Below, one piece after another: positions 35,656-48,750 of a DNA stretch of 64,000 bases; within the stretch, counting starts at the first letter, position 1; every line of letters begins with the position of its first letter. This DNA is from Heterodontus francisci (taxonomy: Eukaryota), in NCBI RefSeq assembly GCF_036365525.1, contig NC_090402.1:16474428-16538427 (forward strand). Reading direction: 5' to 3'. The notes under the pieces were generated by a model that made no database searches, had not been told where the DNA came from, and saw nothing but the letters and a program-made list of their open reading frames with translations. The position numbers and the translations under genes were made by a program.

Positions 35656-36380
35656 GGGCTGAAGCCTACAGCACCCCTCCCCACCCACCCAACGTCGGGG
35701 TTCATGGTGGGTTGGGGCCGGAAAATGCCCCTGGCGGAGACCCGCCACAGGCCTCAATGCTGGGAAGGCCCGGCCCGATATTACCACCGAGGCCTCGTGG
35801 CAGCCTCCCTGCTGTTCAGCAACAGGAGCGAAATTTGCATGGGTAAATTAATTACTTACCTGCTCCCGCCGTCCTTCACAATGCCATATTGCTGCCGGTG
35901 GCCGGCACTCCCTTTGGAACCCCGACCGGTGATCCAAGGCGAAACATTAGTGGGGAGAGGAGAGCAGGTAAGTGTTTCAGCGTGTGTGGGGGGGTGGGGG
36001 TGCGTGGAGCGCAGTCATATTAATTTCATTGGTGGGGTGGTGGGAAGGGGTAAAGTTTAAAGTTGATGAATTTTGGGGGGGTGGTGGAAGGTTGTAAACA
36101 CATGTGTTTTTGGGGGGGGGCGAGGAAGAGGGCAGGTAATTACTTCTATGCTTATTGGGGGGGGTGGGAAAGAGTCAGGATCACATTATTTAATCGTTTA
36201 CCAACTGTATTCCTTTAAATATGTAAATTGCAATATAGGGCTCAAAGCCCTTTAAAAATGGCTTCAGCGTCTGTGTAGTGGCACCTGACGCCATTGCTGG
36301 GAACAGACAGCCCAACCCCTCCAGGTCATTGAGGGGGGGGGGGGCGGGAAACAGTCCAGCTAGCTTGTAAAATCCAGCCC
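35656..36380. mobile_element. Harbinger-type MITE with AAT TSD
   Basis: AAT|gggctgaagcctac ... gtaaaatccagccc|AAT. Internally similar to 42127-42904. Confidence 0.78.
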
Positions 36381-38259
36381 AATGTTTTTAATGGTTTTCA
36401 AATTTATAATTTCCCCCTGGATACAGCAGGTATCTGAAGACAAGACTATTTTTAAAGTCAGTAGAATTAGCTCCATAATTTCCACCATATTATGAAGTAA
36501 AATAGCTTCTTAGTTGAGGTTCGGAGACTATTACTATTTTTGACATCCCTGTACCTACGATGTCCTTTTCATGCTGGAAATTGGGATCTACCTAAAACTT
36601 CATCAATTCTAATGTCTGCTAGCAAGGGTCACTTTCTCCCACATTATTTTCCCTTTGTACATTCAAGATGGTTAAAAAGTAGGAGTGACCATGATGGAAA
36701 GCAAAAGTAACTAATATAATGTGAATAAAGTTTGCCTTTTTTTCTTCAATAAAGATAATTTGGGGATTTTGATCGCTTCAGAAAAAAATGGTGCCGAACA
36801 TCCACATCCACACCACCACTGTTCATTAGATTACCTCCTTTGTAGTGGGTGACTGATAATATAGCTGTAGCCAAAGCCAATGGTAGATATTTATGAAAAA
36901 TAATGGCCTCATCCCTCACTACAGCACTGTGATCCTAGTGACATTGTTTCCATTGTTACCACTCATTCGAGGAAGAGACAGATTAAATCCTTGGCAGTCT
37001 AGTGCAAGTGTACATGTTTTCCTTGACAGTGTTAGCAAGCTGATTGATTTGGAATCCATTCCCAGGTAGCACAAAGTGGTATAGCACATGTGTGCCTGTC
37101 TGTCTGTGTGTATACACACACGTGTTTCTTGACAACCTATGTTCCAGTTGGCAGATCAGCTCTTTGTCTTTACAGATACCCAAATTTGTAAACTCTGTCC
37201 AGACAAGTCCAAGAGATCCTGATACTGTCTCTGGAATTGCAAATATTATTGGATGGTGGAAACCATGATTTTCCTCCATGGTTATGTTTCACTTTGGTGT
37301 TAGCCAGCAACAAATTCTAATTATCTGCTTATGTTCTGGGAGATGTTTAGGTCAGAAATGCAACCACTGTGTCAGAGGCAAGAAGAGGGCTGGAAATCAT
37401 GCTCAGCATGCTAAACAGGGCCTGACTAAGAACAAGGGATATTTCTTTGTTAACCACCCCAGAAAGCTGATTACATTGCTGGAACCCTGCCAAGTTATGA
37501 GCTAGGGTCCAGCTGTTTCAAGAGAAGAGCTTTTAAAAAAAAAATTTGAACTTTATGGTGTATTTAGAAAACAAAGAGATGAGCTGTTAATTGCAACAAA
37601 TCACCTCCAATTAAACTATTCTGCCGTTTATTGGAACCAATGACTGCTTCAGGAAAATATATTTTACTCACAGATAACAGTTACCAGGCAAAGCAAGAAA
37701 TCATCTCAAAAATCAGAGGAGAATTACTCCTGCCAGTTTAACTCAATTATGACATTAACAGTCTAACAGCAAAAATATTATCTGCAGGACCCTAGTTCTC
37801 CCCACTTAGACCCAGACACTAGTCTCATATCCTTCTATTAGTTTATTACACAAAGCCTAACTAACGACCTTAGAAATACTGCATCATCATATGAAAGGGA
37901 ACAATGTGCAGGATTTTGGAGAGAAGGCAAGGGAATGGAACTGAGGTAACTGTTCTTTCAGAGAGCCAGTGCAGACACGATGGGCCAAATGGTCTCCTTC
38001 TGTATTGTAACAATTCTGTGATTCTATGAAGAGCTACATTTCCCTATCTTTGTAATCTTCTGATTTGCTCCCCCTTTTTAGAACAGAATATAGGAGGGAA
38101 GAATTTTCTCTTTAATATCGTTATAACATATTAAAATTCACTGCATGCATTTCCTCTCCGTACCACTTTGATATTATAAAACCTTTATGTACACACTTAC
38201 TGCCCATCGCACTTCAGATGCCACACGTCTAATTGCAAATTTCTGTCACACTTAAAAAT

Positions 38260-39019
38260 GTCTTCTTTCTTTTGGGCCTCCTTATCTCGAGAGACAATGG
38301 ATACGCGCCTGGAGGTGGTCAGTGGTTTGTGAAGCAGCGCCTGGAGTGGCTATAAAGGCCAATTCTGGAGTGACAGGCTCTTCCACAGGTGCTGCAGAGG
38401 AATTTGTTTGTTGGGGCTGTTGCACAGTTGGCTCTCCCCTTGCGCCTCTGTCTTTTTTCCTGCCAACTACTAAGTCTCTTCGACTCGCCACAATTTAGCC
38501 CTGTCTTTATGGCTGCCCGCCAGCTCTGGCGAATGCTGGCAACTGACTCCCACGACTTGTGATCAATGTCACACGATTTCATGTCGCGTTTGCAGACGTC
38601 TTTATAACGGAGACATGGACGGCCGGTGGGTCTGATACCAGTGGCGAGCTCGCTGTACAATGTGTCTTTGGGGATCCTGCCATCTTCCATGCGGCTCACA
38701 TGGCCAAGCCATCTCAAGCGCCTCTGACTCAGTAGTGTGTATAAGCTGGGGGTGTTGGCCGCTTCAAGGACTTCTGTGTTGGAGATATAGTCCTGCCACC
38801 TGATGCCAAGTATTCTCCGAAGGCAGCGAAGATGGAATGAATTGAGACGTCGCTCTTGGCTGGCATACGTTGTCCAGGCCTCGCTGCCGTAGAGCAAGGT
38901 ACTGAGGACACAGGCCTGATACACTCGGACTTTTGTGTTCCGTGTCAGTGCGCCATTTTCCCACACTCTCTTGGCCAGTCTGGACATAGCAGTGGAAGCC
39001 TTACCCATGCGCTTGTTGA
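38260..39019 (-). mobile_element. RTE-clade LINE, 5'-truncated, with TSD
   Basis: Open 229-aa ORF KASTAMSRLAKRVW...KVRVYQACVLSTLLYGSEAW...RRLRWLGHVSRMEDGRIPK...GRPCLRYKD, ending in C2H2-like CSTCGRACHSRIGLYSH. TSD tgtcacacttaaaaat (38244-38259) vs tgtcacactgaagaat (39020-39035), 14/16. Confidence 0.92.
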
Positions 39020-39471
39020 TGTCACACTGAAGAATAAAGGCACTAATTGAGAATGTACAGACAAACTGTCCTGAAACAGTGCATTCCAGAGCCTGTTAAT
39101 TGATTTATATATGAATGTCCAGTTTACATAACTGTGACTTTGATACCATAAAGGGCTGCCTTCTACATTTTAGCAGAAGACTATTGCCTTATGAGTTCCA
39201 TGGTATGATGATCTTGTCCTTATAAAACAATACATCCTCTGACTTGCCAAGAGCAACACCACAAGAGATTTGCTAGTGTAATTTTATAAATGGGGGTTCT
39301 GAAATTTCCTCATGGTTACAACCTGAAGTGGAACCCAAAAATGTGTTCATTCTGCCAATATCAAGTTACACTCAAATTACCTGCCAATCTCTAGAATATG
39401 CCTGAATGTAGAAATGGATGTAAATCAGAGTTAAACAATTGGACCCAAGGAAAATGCCAAACTCTCACTAT

Positions 39472-40117
39472 GGGCTGGATTTTGTGCAGAGGCGGGGCTC
39501 CGGGTGCTGGGCCGAAAAGGCGGGGGAAACCCACCCTCCACCCTGGAGGGATCCTCCAGTCTTTTTAAATCAAAGTTTCAGGAGGCGGAAGCCCCATCCC
39601 TTTAAAGTCGGGGTCCCGCCTCCATGAGCTGCTGGCCAATCAGAGCACTGGCGGCACCAGTCGGTACTGCAGAGGCCTCGGACCCGGGCCCAGCACTGGA
39701 ACCCCGGAGAAGAGATAGGTGAGGCGGGGTCACCAGGGCCAGTCCAGAAGGCCCTAGCGAGGGGGAGCTGGGGGGGTGGTCTGGCAGTCCAGGGAGAGGG
39801 GTGTCCCCGGGGATGAATTGGTTCCCAGTGGGGATCTTCTGTGGGCCACAAATTGCCCAAAGAGGAGGGACCCCCTCCCTCCCTCCTAGCCTGCAGGGAG
39901 GCGCCTCATGTTACAAAGCATCCAACGCCGTTGGTAAGATCCTGGTGGCGGCGGGAAGTGGCCCTTAAGTGGCCATTGATAGGCCACTTAAGGGCCTCAA
40001 GCAGTCTCTGGGCAGGAAGGCCGTCATTGGCCCACCCACCACCCCGAGAAGATCGCTTGGCAACGGGGAGGTGATGGGCCCTCCACCCCCTGTTGCAATA
40101 TGATCCCCATCCAGCCC
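39472..40117. mobile_element. Harbinger-type MITE
   Basis: tat|gggctggattttg ... atccagccc|gat. Internal perfect 15-bp inverted repeat at 39960-39996. Confidence 0.72.
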
Positions 40118-42126
40118 GATATATTCCCTTCTGAAATATGAAAATTAAGCTTTCAACTCATTTAACCATCATTCAATTAGGAACCAAATGTTGAAGAACA
40201 TGCAATAAGGGAAGTTTTTCAATTTTTAATGTCACATGCTGATGCAGGAATGGAGAGTTCTGGATATCATGCTGAACATGCTAATTACAAGGGATTTTAA
40301 AAAAAAAATACCACAAATGGCATATAAATGCATTGAAAGAAATAGAAAATACAGTGCAGGTCTCAGTGGGTTTAATTTTTTTAAAACGCTCAAAATATTG
40401 CAATAAGACACCGGAAAAATGACTTTCTGCTACGCTTGAAAATCTGGTTGTAATTTGAAGAGAGTCCCTGAGCAAGCGCAATTGCAGGAAAACTGTTTAT
40501 ATGGTTCTGTAATAGGGGTGAGGCCATTATTATGGAAGGGCAATGTGTTTGGTTGGAGGGATCAATAGACGATCCAAAAAGATTGAGGAAATTTGGGCAT
40601 ATTGTACTTACGCAGGTAACTCGCTTACATCCAAAATTGCTTGATCTTTTAGATCATGTATTCGGTTTGTGTGTGTATCTCTGGTAAGAAATGTGCAGGA
40701 AATTCCATCTGCTATCTAGGATAATATTTTGGTCTTCATAATATAAATTTTAAATGTTACACTCAAATATCTGTGTCCCACATGGGAGCCAGAACCTTTG
40801 GATACTCTCAAAAAACTTAACAATTCACGCTTAAAAACAGAATCAGTCACTTGACACGGACCAGAATGTCTGCAACTTCTGAACGACTGCACAGATGACA
40901 CTTATAACTTGCAAAAACAGTTGTCTTAAACCTAAAGAGCAGATTGTAAAAATTCAAGAGCAAAAAATTCAAGTGCAAATGGCGTGCTGGAAATGTGCGC
41001 ACACACATTTCCAGCCAGAAGATGCGCTTACCACTATGTTGCGTAAAGAGAAATAAAAGGCATCCTTTATCCATGCCTGAAGCAGGTTTTAGGACTTTTG
41101 CAACGCAGATATGGGGTTTGATGCCTACTTGAGGACCATGCTCCAACGTTGATTTTTCCTGAGGCAGCCAATGCCATCGAGGCCGCACTCAGGGAAACTA
41201 GCTCTAAGGACGCCTGCAACATTGAAAGTAAGTAACTTAATTGAGATTTCCATATATAGAATATTCCTTCTCCAAACATCAAACTGCTGTTAGGACTTTA
41301 CCCGTTTTAACTTGCAACTGATTCACAGGTGAGCATGAGAAGAGCTGTTTGGAATGACTCACCTTCAGATTTTTCCTTCTGTGCAAAATGGTTTTCCTCA
41401 GTTACCACCTCTAAAACACAGTTTAAATTGACATCGTGTTGGGTGGGAAACTGAAGGGGGTACAAAATTAAATCCTACGTCATATGGGTCATCATATTAG
41501 CACACCAATGCACCGCACGTTTTCTACTCTTGACTGTGTACCAATTTAAAAATAATCATAACTAGAAGATTTCATCATTGCATTATCTCAGGTTAATATC
41601 CATAGACTCTGTTAGTTCCTTATAACTATGTATCAAAAGCATGAATTTTACAGGCCAAAAAATTCTACTGATTTAGTCTACGTAGAACATATGTTTCTAT
41701 CCCTTGCACTATAATAGACATTTTAATCAAGATACATACATCCTGTAGAAATGTTGGAGAAGAGCATACTTTTACGCTGACTGAGATTAAATTGGCACAA
41801 CATTGGTTGCACACTTCTGCATTGAAAAACACATTCATGTTGGCTAAAACAGTTGAGCTTGGTTTGATGGTATTTGTTCCAATTCTAGCAGTTTTCATGT
41901 ATCTAGATTTTGTGTTTGTAGGTCTCCATTACAAAGAATTATCAAACCCGTGCAGCAGTGTTGAGCAAAGCGGTGCCACAAGTGGACCCTGCACCAATAG
42001 TGCACCCACGGCGCTACCAAAAGGTGAGATGGTTGCTTTTTGTGTTCGCTTTTTTTTAAAGCTGCGATGCCTGTTACTCGATCTTTCTTTGGTGACACAG
42101 TGAGTTAAAGAATGGACGAACATATG

Positions 42127-42904
42127 GGGCTGGATTTTACCAAGCCTTCAACATCGGGGTCCATGGTAGGGGGGCCTGAAGATGGGTCCGGAAGAGGCTG
42201 GCCACGGACCTCAAGGCTGGGAGGGCCCAACCCGATCATTGCGGCACCCCCCGGCCACTTGGTAACGGGACTTCAATTTAAATATTTAAATTAATGAAAT
42301 GAATACATTAAGATAGACTTAGCTGCAGTCTTGAAGGCCTGACACCATCTTTGGTGCAGCAGCCGGCACTCCTGTGCCTTCAATTCCCTATCCGGGGAAA
42401 GGCAGTGTGACTCTCGTGGGGAGTGGGGAGGAGATAATATTTTCTGTTGGGGTGGTGGGCAGGGAGACAGTGTCAAATAAATGTAATGGGTGGAGGGGAT
42501 GGTGGGGGAAGGGTGAACTCTAAACTTTGTGCAGCCTGGGGGGCGGGGGAAGGTCACATTTAAAAGGTAAGTGTTTTGGCGGGATGGGGAAGGGCAAATA
42601 GTTATTGTTATTGAGGAGTGGGAAAAGGGCGTTAGAAATTCATTTAATAATTTTGACGGGCATGTGTTTGAAAATTTAAATTAGGCGGCAGGACTGGCTG
42701 CCCTTTAAAAATGGCACCAGAGCCTGCACACAGGCAGCTGACGCCATTGCCGGGGACGGACAGCCTGCCCTCTCCACCCGATTTGGGGGGGATGGGGAAG
42801 CAGGCCACCCTGGCTATTTAAATGAGCCGCCGCGCACAGGATTGCGGCGGCTCTTTGGCGTGGGCTGCCACTTTTTGAGCTCGCCGCCTCTTAAAATCCA
42901 GCCC
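42127..42904. mobile_element. Harbinger-type MITE with perfect 13-bp TIR and ATG TSD
   Basis: ATG|GGGCTGGATTTTA ... TAAAATCCAGCCC|ATG. Confidence 0.88.
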
Positions 42905-43318
42905 ATGATCTTCATTTCCACTACAACCTACAGAGATGAGATGAAAGTTCCTGTTAAAGGGATCTATGTGATATGTCCAGTAACAACCCAGTATGGGTAC
43001 ATGAATCCATAGCATAAAGCTGACCATAAATTAAGCATCTATTTATTGATGTTTATATGAAGAGGATGTAAAGTGTTTTATTGTACTATTTTTAAATAAT
43101 ATTATTTATATGCGTTAGGGAACTGGAGCTGGATGAACTTCGGATCATTCAGGAGGCTGAGGGGGTGATAGAGAGCAGTTATAGGGAAGTAGTGACACCT
43201 AAGTTACAGGATAAAGGTAGCTGGGTGACCGTCAGGGGAGGGAAAGGGAATAGGCGCACAGTGCAGGGATCCCCTGTGGCCGTTCCCCTCAATAATAAGT
43301 ATACCGTTTTGGATACGG

Positions 43319-43972
43319 TTGGGGGGAGGGGACCTACCAGGGGAAAGCCACAGCGGCCAGGTCTCTGGCACTGAGCCTGGCTCTGTGGCTCAGAAGGGAA
43401 GGGGGGAGAATAGGAGAGCGATAGTGATAGGAGATTCAATGGTTAGAGGAACAGACAGGAGATTCTGTGGTCGCGAACGAGACTCCCGGATGGTATGTTG
43501 CCTCCCGGGTGCCAGGGTCAGGGATGTCTCGGATCGAGTCTACAGGATTCTGAAGGGGGAGGAGGAGCAGCCAGAAGTCATGGTACACATCAGTACCAAT
43601 GATATAGCTAGGAAAAGGGATGAGGACCTGAAAAGCGAATATAGGGAGTTAGGTTGGAAGCTAAAAGGCAGGACGAGCAGAGTAGTAATCTCAGGATTGA
43701 TACCGGTGCTACGTGCTAGTGAGGCTAGAAACAGAGAGCGAGTGCAGCTGAACACGTGGCTACAGAGCTGGTGTAGGAGGGAGGGCTTCAGATATGTGGA
43801 TCATTGGGATACCTTCTGGGGAAGGTGGGACCTGTACAAGAAGGACGGGTTGCATCTAAACTGGAGGGGCACCAATATCCTGGGAGGGAGGTTTGCTAGA
43901 GCTCTTCGGAAGGGTTTAAACTACTTTGGCAGGGGGATGGGAACCGGAGCTACGGATCAGTGGATGGGGTAG
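43319..43972 (+). pseudogene. CR1 ORF1 SGNH-esterase domain
   Basis: GDS motif, CLPGARVRDV, VHISTNDI (GxND block altered), DGLHLN. Confidence 0.85.
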
Positions 43973-46800
43973 CTGTTGAACAGGCAAATACAGAGTGCAG
44001 AGAGTCTCTGAGGAAGGTTAGACAGTTGACAGGGCAAAGTTGCAGCCAGTATGATGGGTTGAAGTGTGTCTATTTTAACGCAAGAAGTGTCAGGAATAAG
44101 GGTGATGAACTTAGAGCATGGATCAGTACTTGGAGCTACGATGTTGTGGCCATTACGGAGACTTGGATATCACAGGGGCAGGAATGGATGTTGGATGTTC
44201 CGGGGTTTAGATGTTTCAAAAGGAATAGGGAGGGAGGTAAAAGAGGTGGGGGAGCGGCATTGCTAATCAGGGATAGTATCACAGCTTCAGAAAGGGAGGT
44301 CGTCGAGGAGGGTTTGTCTACTGAGCCAGTATGGGTGGAAGTCAGAAACAGGAAAGGAGCAGTCACTTTATTGGGAGTTTTCTATAGACCCCCCAATAGC
44401 GACAAAGACACGGAGGAACAGATTGGGAGGCAGATTTTGGAAAGGTGCAGAAGTAACAGGGTTGTTGACATGGGTGACTTCAACTTCCCTAATATTGATT
44501 GGAACCTCCTGAGTGGAAATAGTTTGGATGGAGCAGATTTTGTCAGGTGTGTCCAGGAAGGTTTCCTGACTCAATATGTAGATAGGCCGACTAGAGGAGA
44601 GGCTATGTTGGATTTGGTGCTTGGCAACGAACCAGGCCAGGTGGCAGATCTCTCGGTGGGAGAGCATTTCAGTGATAGTGATCAGAACTCCCTGACCTTT
44701 ACTATAGTCATGGAGAGGGATAGGAGCAGACGGGATGGGAAAATATTTAATTGGGGGAGGGGGAATTACAATGCTATTAGGCAGGAACTGGGGACCTTAA
44801 ATTGGGAACAGATGTTCTCAGGGAAATGCACGACAGAAATGTGGAGGTTGTTTAGGGAGCACTTGCTGCGACTGCTGGATAGGTTTGTCCCGATGAGGCA
44901 AGGAAGGGATGGTAGGGTGAAGGAACCTTGGATGACAAGAGATGTGGAACAGCTAGTCAAGAGGAAGAAGGAAGCTTACTTAAGGTTGAGGAAGCAAGGA
45001 TCAGACAGGGCTCTAGAGGGTTACAAGGTAGCCAGGAAAGAACTGAAGAATGGACTTAGGAGAGCTAGAAGGGGACATGAAAAAGTCTTGGTGGGTAGGA
45101 TTAAGGAAAATCCCAAGGCGTTCTACACTTATGTGAGGAACAAGAGGATGGCCAGAGTGAGGGTAGGGCCGATCAGGGATAGTGGAGGGAACTTGTGCCT
45201 GGAGTCGGAGGAGGTAGGGGAGGTCCTTAATGAATACTTTGCTTCAGTATTCACTAGTGAGAGGGACCTTGTCGTTTGTGAGGACAGCGTGAAACAGGCT
45301 GATATGCTCAAACAGGTTGATGTTAAGAAGGAGGATGTGCTGGAAATTTTGAAAGACATGAGGTTAGATAAGTCCCCGGGGCCAGACGGGATATACCCAA
45401 GGTTGTTACGGGAAGCGAGGGAAGAGATTGCCGTGCCTTTGGCGATGATCTTTGTGTCCTCACTGTCCACTGGAGTAGTACCAGATGATTGGAGGGTGGC
45501 AAATGTTATTCCCTTGTTCAAGAAAGGGAATAGGGATAACCTTGGGAATTACAGACCAGTCAGTCTTACGTCGGTGGTGGGCAAATTATTGGAGAGGATT
45601 CTGAGAGACAGGATTTATGATCATTTGGAAAAGCATAGTTTGATTAGCGATAGTCAGCATGGCTTTGTGAGGGGCAGGTCATGCCTACAAGCCTTATTGA
45701 ATTCTTTGAGGATGTGACAAAACACATTGATGAAGGAAGAGCAGTGGATGTGGTGTATATGGATTTTAGCAAGGCGTTTGATAAGGTTCCCCATGGTAGG
45801 CTCATTCAGAAAGTAAGGAGGCATGGGGTACAGGGAAATTTGGCTGTATGGATACAGAATTGGCTGGCCCATAGAAGACAGAGGGTGGTAGTAAATGGAA
45901 AATATTCAGCCTGGAGCTCGGTGACCAGTGGTGTTTCGCAGGGATCTGTTCTGGGACGTCTGCTCTTTGTGATTTTTATAAATGACTTGGATGAGGAAGT
46001 GGAAGGCTGGGTTAGTAAGTTTGCCGATGGCACAAAGGTTGCTGGAGTTGTGGATAGTGTGGAGGGCTGTTGTAGGTTGCAACGGGACATTGACAGGATG
46101 CAGAGCTGGGCTGAGAAGTGGCAGATGGAGTTCAACCCGGAAAAGTGTGAAGTGATTCATGTTGGAAGGTCGAATTTGAATGCGGAATACAGACTTAAAG
46201 ACAGTGTGGAGGAACAGAGGGATCTTGGGTCCATGTCCATAGATCCCTCAAAGTTGCCACCCAAGTTGATAGGGTTGTTAAGAAGGCGTATGGGGTGTTG
46301 GCTTTCATTAACGGGGGGATTGAGTTTAAGAGCCGCAAGGTTATGCTGCAGCTGTATAAAGCCCTGGTTAGACCACACTTGGAATATTGTGTTCAGTTCT
46401 GGTCGCCTCATTATAGGAAGGATGTGGAAGCTTTAGAGAGGGTGCAGAGGAGATTTACTAGGATGCTGCCTGGACTGGAGGGCATGTCTTATGAAGAAAG
46501 CTTGAGGGAGCTAGGCCTTTTCTCATTGGAGCGAAGAAGGATGAGAGGTGACTTGATAGAGGTGTACAAGATGATGAGAGGCATAGATAGAGTGGATAGC
46601 CAGAGACTTTTTCCCAGGACGGAAAGGGCTATCACCAGGGGCCATAATTTTAAGGTGATTGGAGGAAGGTTTAGGGGAGATGTCAGAGGTAGGTTCTTTA
46701 CACAGAGAGTGGTGGGTGCGTGAAATGCACTGCCAGCGGTGGTAGTAGAAGCAGATACATTAGGGACATTTAACCGACTCTTGGATAGGTACATGGATGA
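43960..46800 (+). pseudogene. CR1 ORF2 endonuclease/reverse transcriptase, split into three frames
   Basis: ORFs 43960-45717, 45681-46436 and 46295-46723 tile one ORF2. The catalytic FADD reads FADG. Confidence 0.92.
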
Positions 46801-47133
46801 TAGTAGAATGAAGGGTATGTAGGTAGTTTGATCTTAGAGTAGGTTAAAGGGTCGGCACAACCATCGTGGGCCGAAGGGCCTGTACTGTGCTGTACTGTTC
46901 TATGTTCTATACAATTGGTGGCTTTGCTCATGAGTAGTCCAGGAATTCAAGAGTGTTTTTGTTGTTTACTGTGGTTACTCTGACATCTAATTATGACAGC
47001 AATTCACTCATTACTGTGATGCAGGAAATTTACTGAAGCGCTCAATCGCATGGGTTGCACAAGGTAAAAATATTACACACCTTACCGATACTGAAAGATA
47101 CAGGCCTTACAGATAAGTTAAGGCTACACTTAT

Positions 47134-47266
47134 CTGAACCCAGGCTGGGTATCCTCCGCCGCTGTCCTCTAATCCTGACCTCCGGCCTCCTATCCTCCCC
47201 TGCTGGCCTCTAATCCCGAACCCAGGCTTCATTACCTGAGGGCTGTTGCATCACTAATCACAACCC
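47134..47266. repeat. Degenerate tandem repeat, unit about 44 bp, about 3 copies
   Basis: Recurring tatcctcc.c.gctg.cctctaatcc and ctaatc..aaccc motifs at about 44-bp spacing. Confidence 0.5.
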
Positions 47267-47929
47267 AGTCTAGATTTTCTCTTTGCAAGCTGACTGTTTG
47301 TGCAACGCTGACCTCATTGAAATGAGGCCTCGAGCCTCAACATTCAGCCACCAGGTACAAACCCAAATTTCTACGCTATATTCTTCACCTTCTATGGTGA
47401 ACTTGTAGTTCTTCCTGACATTGTTGTTAGCATAATCGCTGTACCAAGAAGCTTTTACTCATCATCAAATCCAATGAACAGACCTTGAACAGCTATTATT
47501 CTGTATGCTTTTGGCCTGACTGATTCCAACTTCTTATATGTGCTCTGAACTCAGCACATCAAACTGTCTGTTTCCAGGGTAGGTGCAAACATCAGTCCTC
47601 CTCAGCAACATAAAACACATTAATCCCAACTAAAGTTAGTTAGGGATTTTCATTTAATGGTTTAAGCTTTATAAAAAGGATGAATAAATTAAAATAATTT
47701 CATTATTGATGCTTTTTTTCCCCCTACTTCACCAATTGCTATTTAGAGAATAAGAATTTTACAAAGAATCATGAGAATCTTATGCACAGAAAGTGACCAT
47801 TCAGTCCATCATACCTATGCCATTTCAGATAGAGTAATCCAATTAGTTCCATTCCCCTATTCTTTCCCATATCCTTCTAAATTTTTATTTTTCAACTATT
47901 CATCCTTCATCATTAACCATAACTTCCAC

Positions 47930-48750
47930 CTTTAATGCCCTTGTCCCTGCTAAGGTACTCCTCATTTCCCACTATCCTCTATTCCCTTGGTATAGTTAAA
48001 CCTTCACACTTTAAAGTCTGAGGTTCACGCACTTGCTGTAGAACTGGTCTTATTACCCACTACCCATTCTAACTGGATCATGCCATGCATTACCACAACT
48101 CCTATTCCACAGCCAAAACCTCCTACCAACCCAGGATAATCCTTTCCTTCTTCTTTCTTTTATGACACATCACCTCCTCAAAACCCTTCCTCACCCCTTC
48201 CAACATCACTTCTAGCTCCAAGAATGAGGATACCATGAATTTCTTCATCTCCAAGATTGAAATCTGTGCAGATCCCTCCTCCACTTCCTTGTCATTGACC
48301 TTAATCCTTCACTTACCTTAGCTTTGACCCTCAGACACTCTATGTCCTTCCCTACGTTCCACTGAACTCTTGACAAGTCTTTCTGTTCCACAAGATATGC
48401 CTCCTGTTCTTTCACCATCAAGCAAGCCTGACCCCCTATCCTTGCCAGCATGGTAAATAGCTTCCTTGGCTCAAACACTGTCTCTGTTCTTTTCAAAATT
48501 GTTATCATTGCACCCCTCTCAAAAGTCCATCTATCCTCTTTAATGTCGGCCCACTGCCAGCAATTTTTTTTCTCTCCAAGGTCCTTGAACATGCCATTGT
48601 TTGCCAGTTCCATGTCCACCTCTGCCACAATGACATATTTTGCCTTGCTCACAGGACCGAAATTGCCCTGGTCAAAATCACAAATGCTAACTTCTGTAAC
48701 TGCAGCCCATTATCTCACCTTGTCCTCCTCAACCTCATAGTTGCATTCGA
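47930..48750 (+). mobile_element. Old L2 ORF2 fragment
   Basis: ILASMVNSFLGSNTVSVLFKIVIIAPLSKVHL resembles the L2 RT start (I..IVN.SL.SG.VP..FK.AVI.PLLK). Confidence 0.55.

Larger units (their letters stand above)
43111..46910 (+). mobile_element. Long 5'-truncated CR1 LINE (ORF1 esterase half, ORF2 APE-RT, 3' UTR)
   Basis: ORF1 has SGNH/GDSL motifs IVIGDSMVR...DGLHLN. ORF2 has CVYFNARS, VAITETW, GDFNFP, LDLVLGN, SDQN, then RT motifs DFSKAFD, QGSVLG, FADG. Frameshifts near 45687 and 46195-46240. Tail gtactgttctatgttctat. Confidence 0.96.

Noticed and set aside
35581-36255. Clusters of GC-rich ORFs here and at 19154-20487, 31078-31730, 39439-40074 and 54022-54957
   Set aside because: They lie inside non-coding MITEs, where high GC content suppresses stop codons, and show no domain motifs.
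41792-42103. 103-aa ORF with a hydrophobic stretch
   Set aside because: Non-ATG start, no recognisable domain and no supporting splice structure.
43111-46910. CR1 as an active autonomous element
   Set aside because: 5'-truncated, at least two ORF2 frameshifts, and the catalytic FADD is mutated to FADG.
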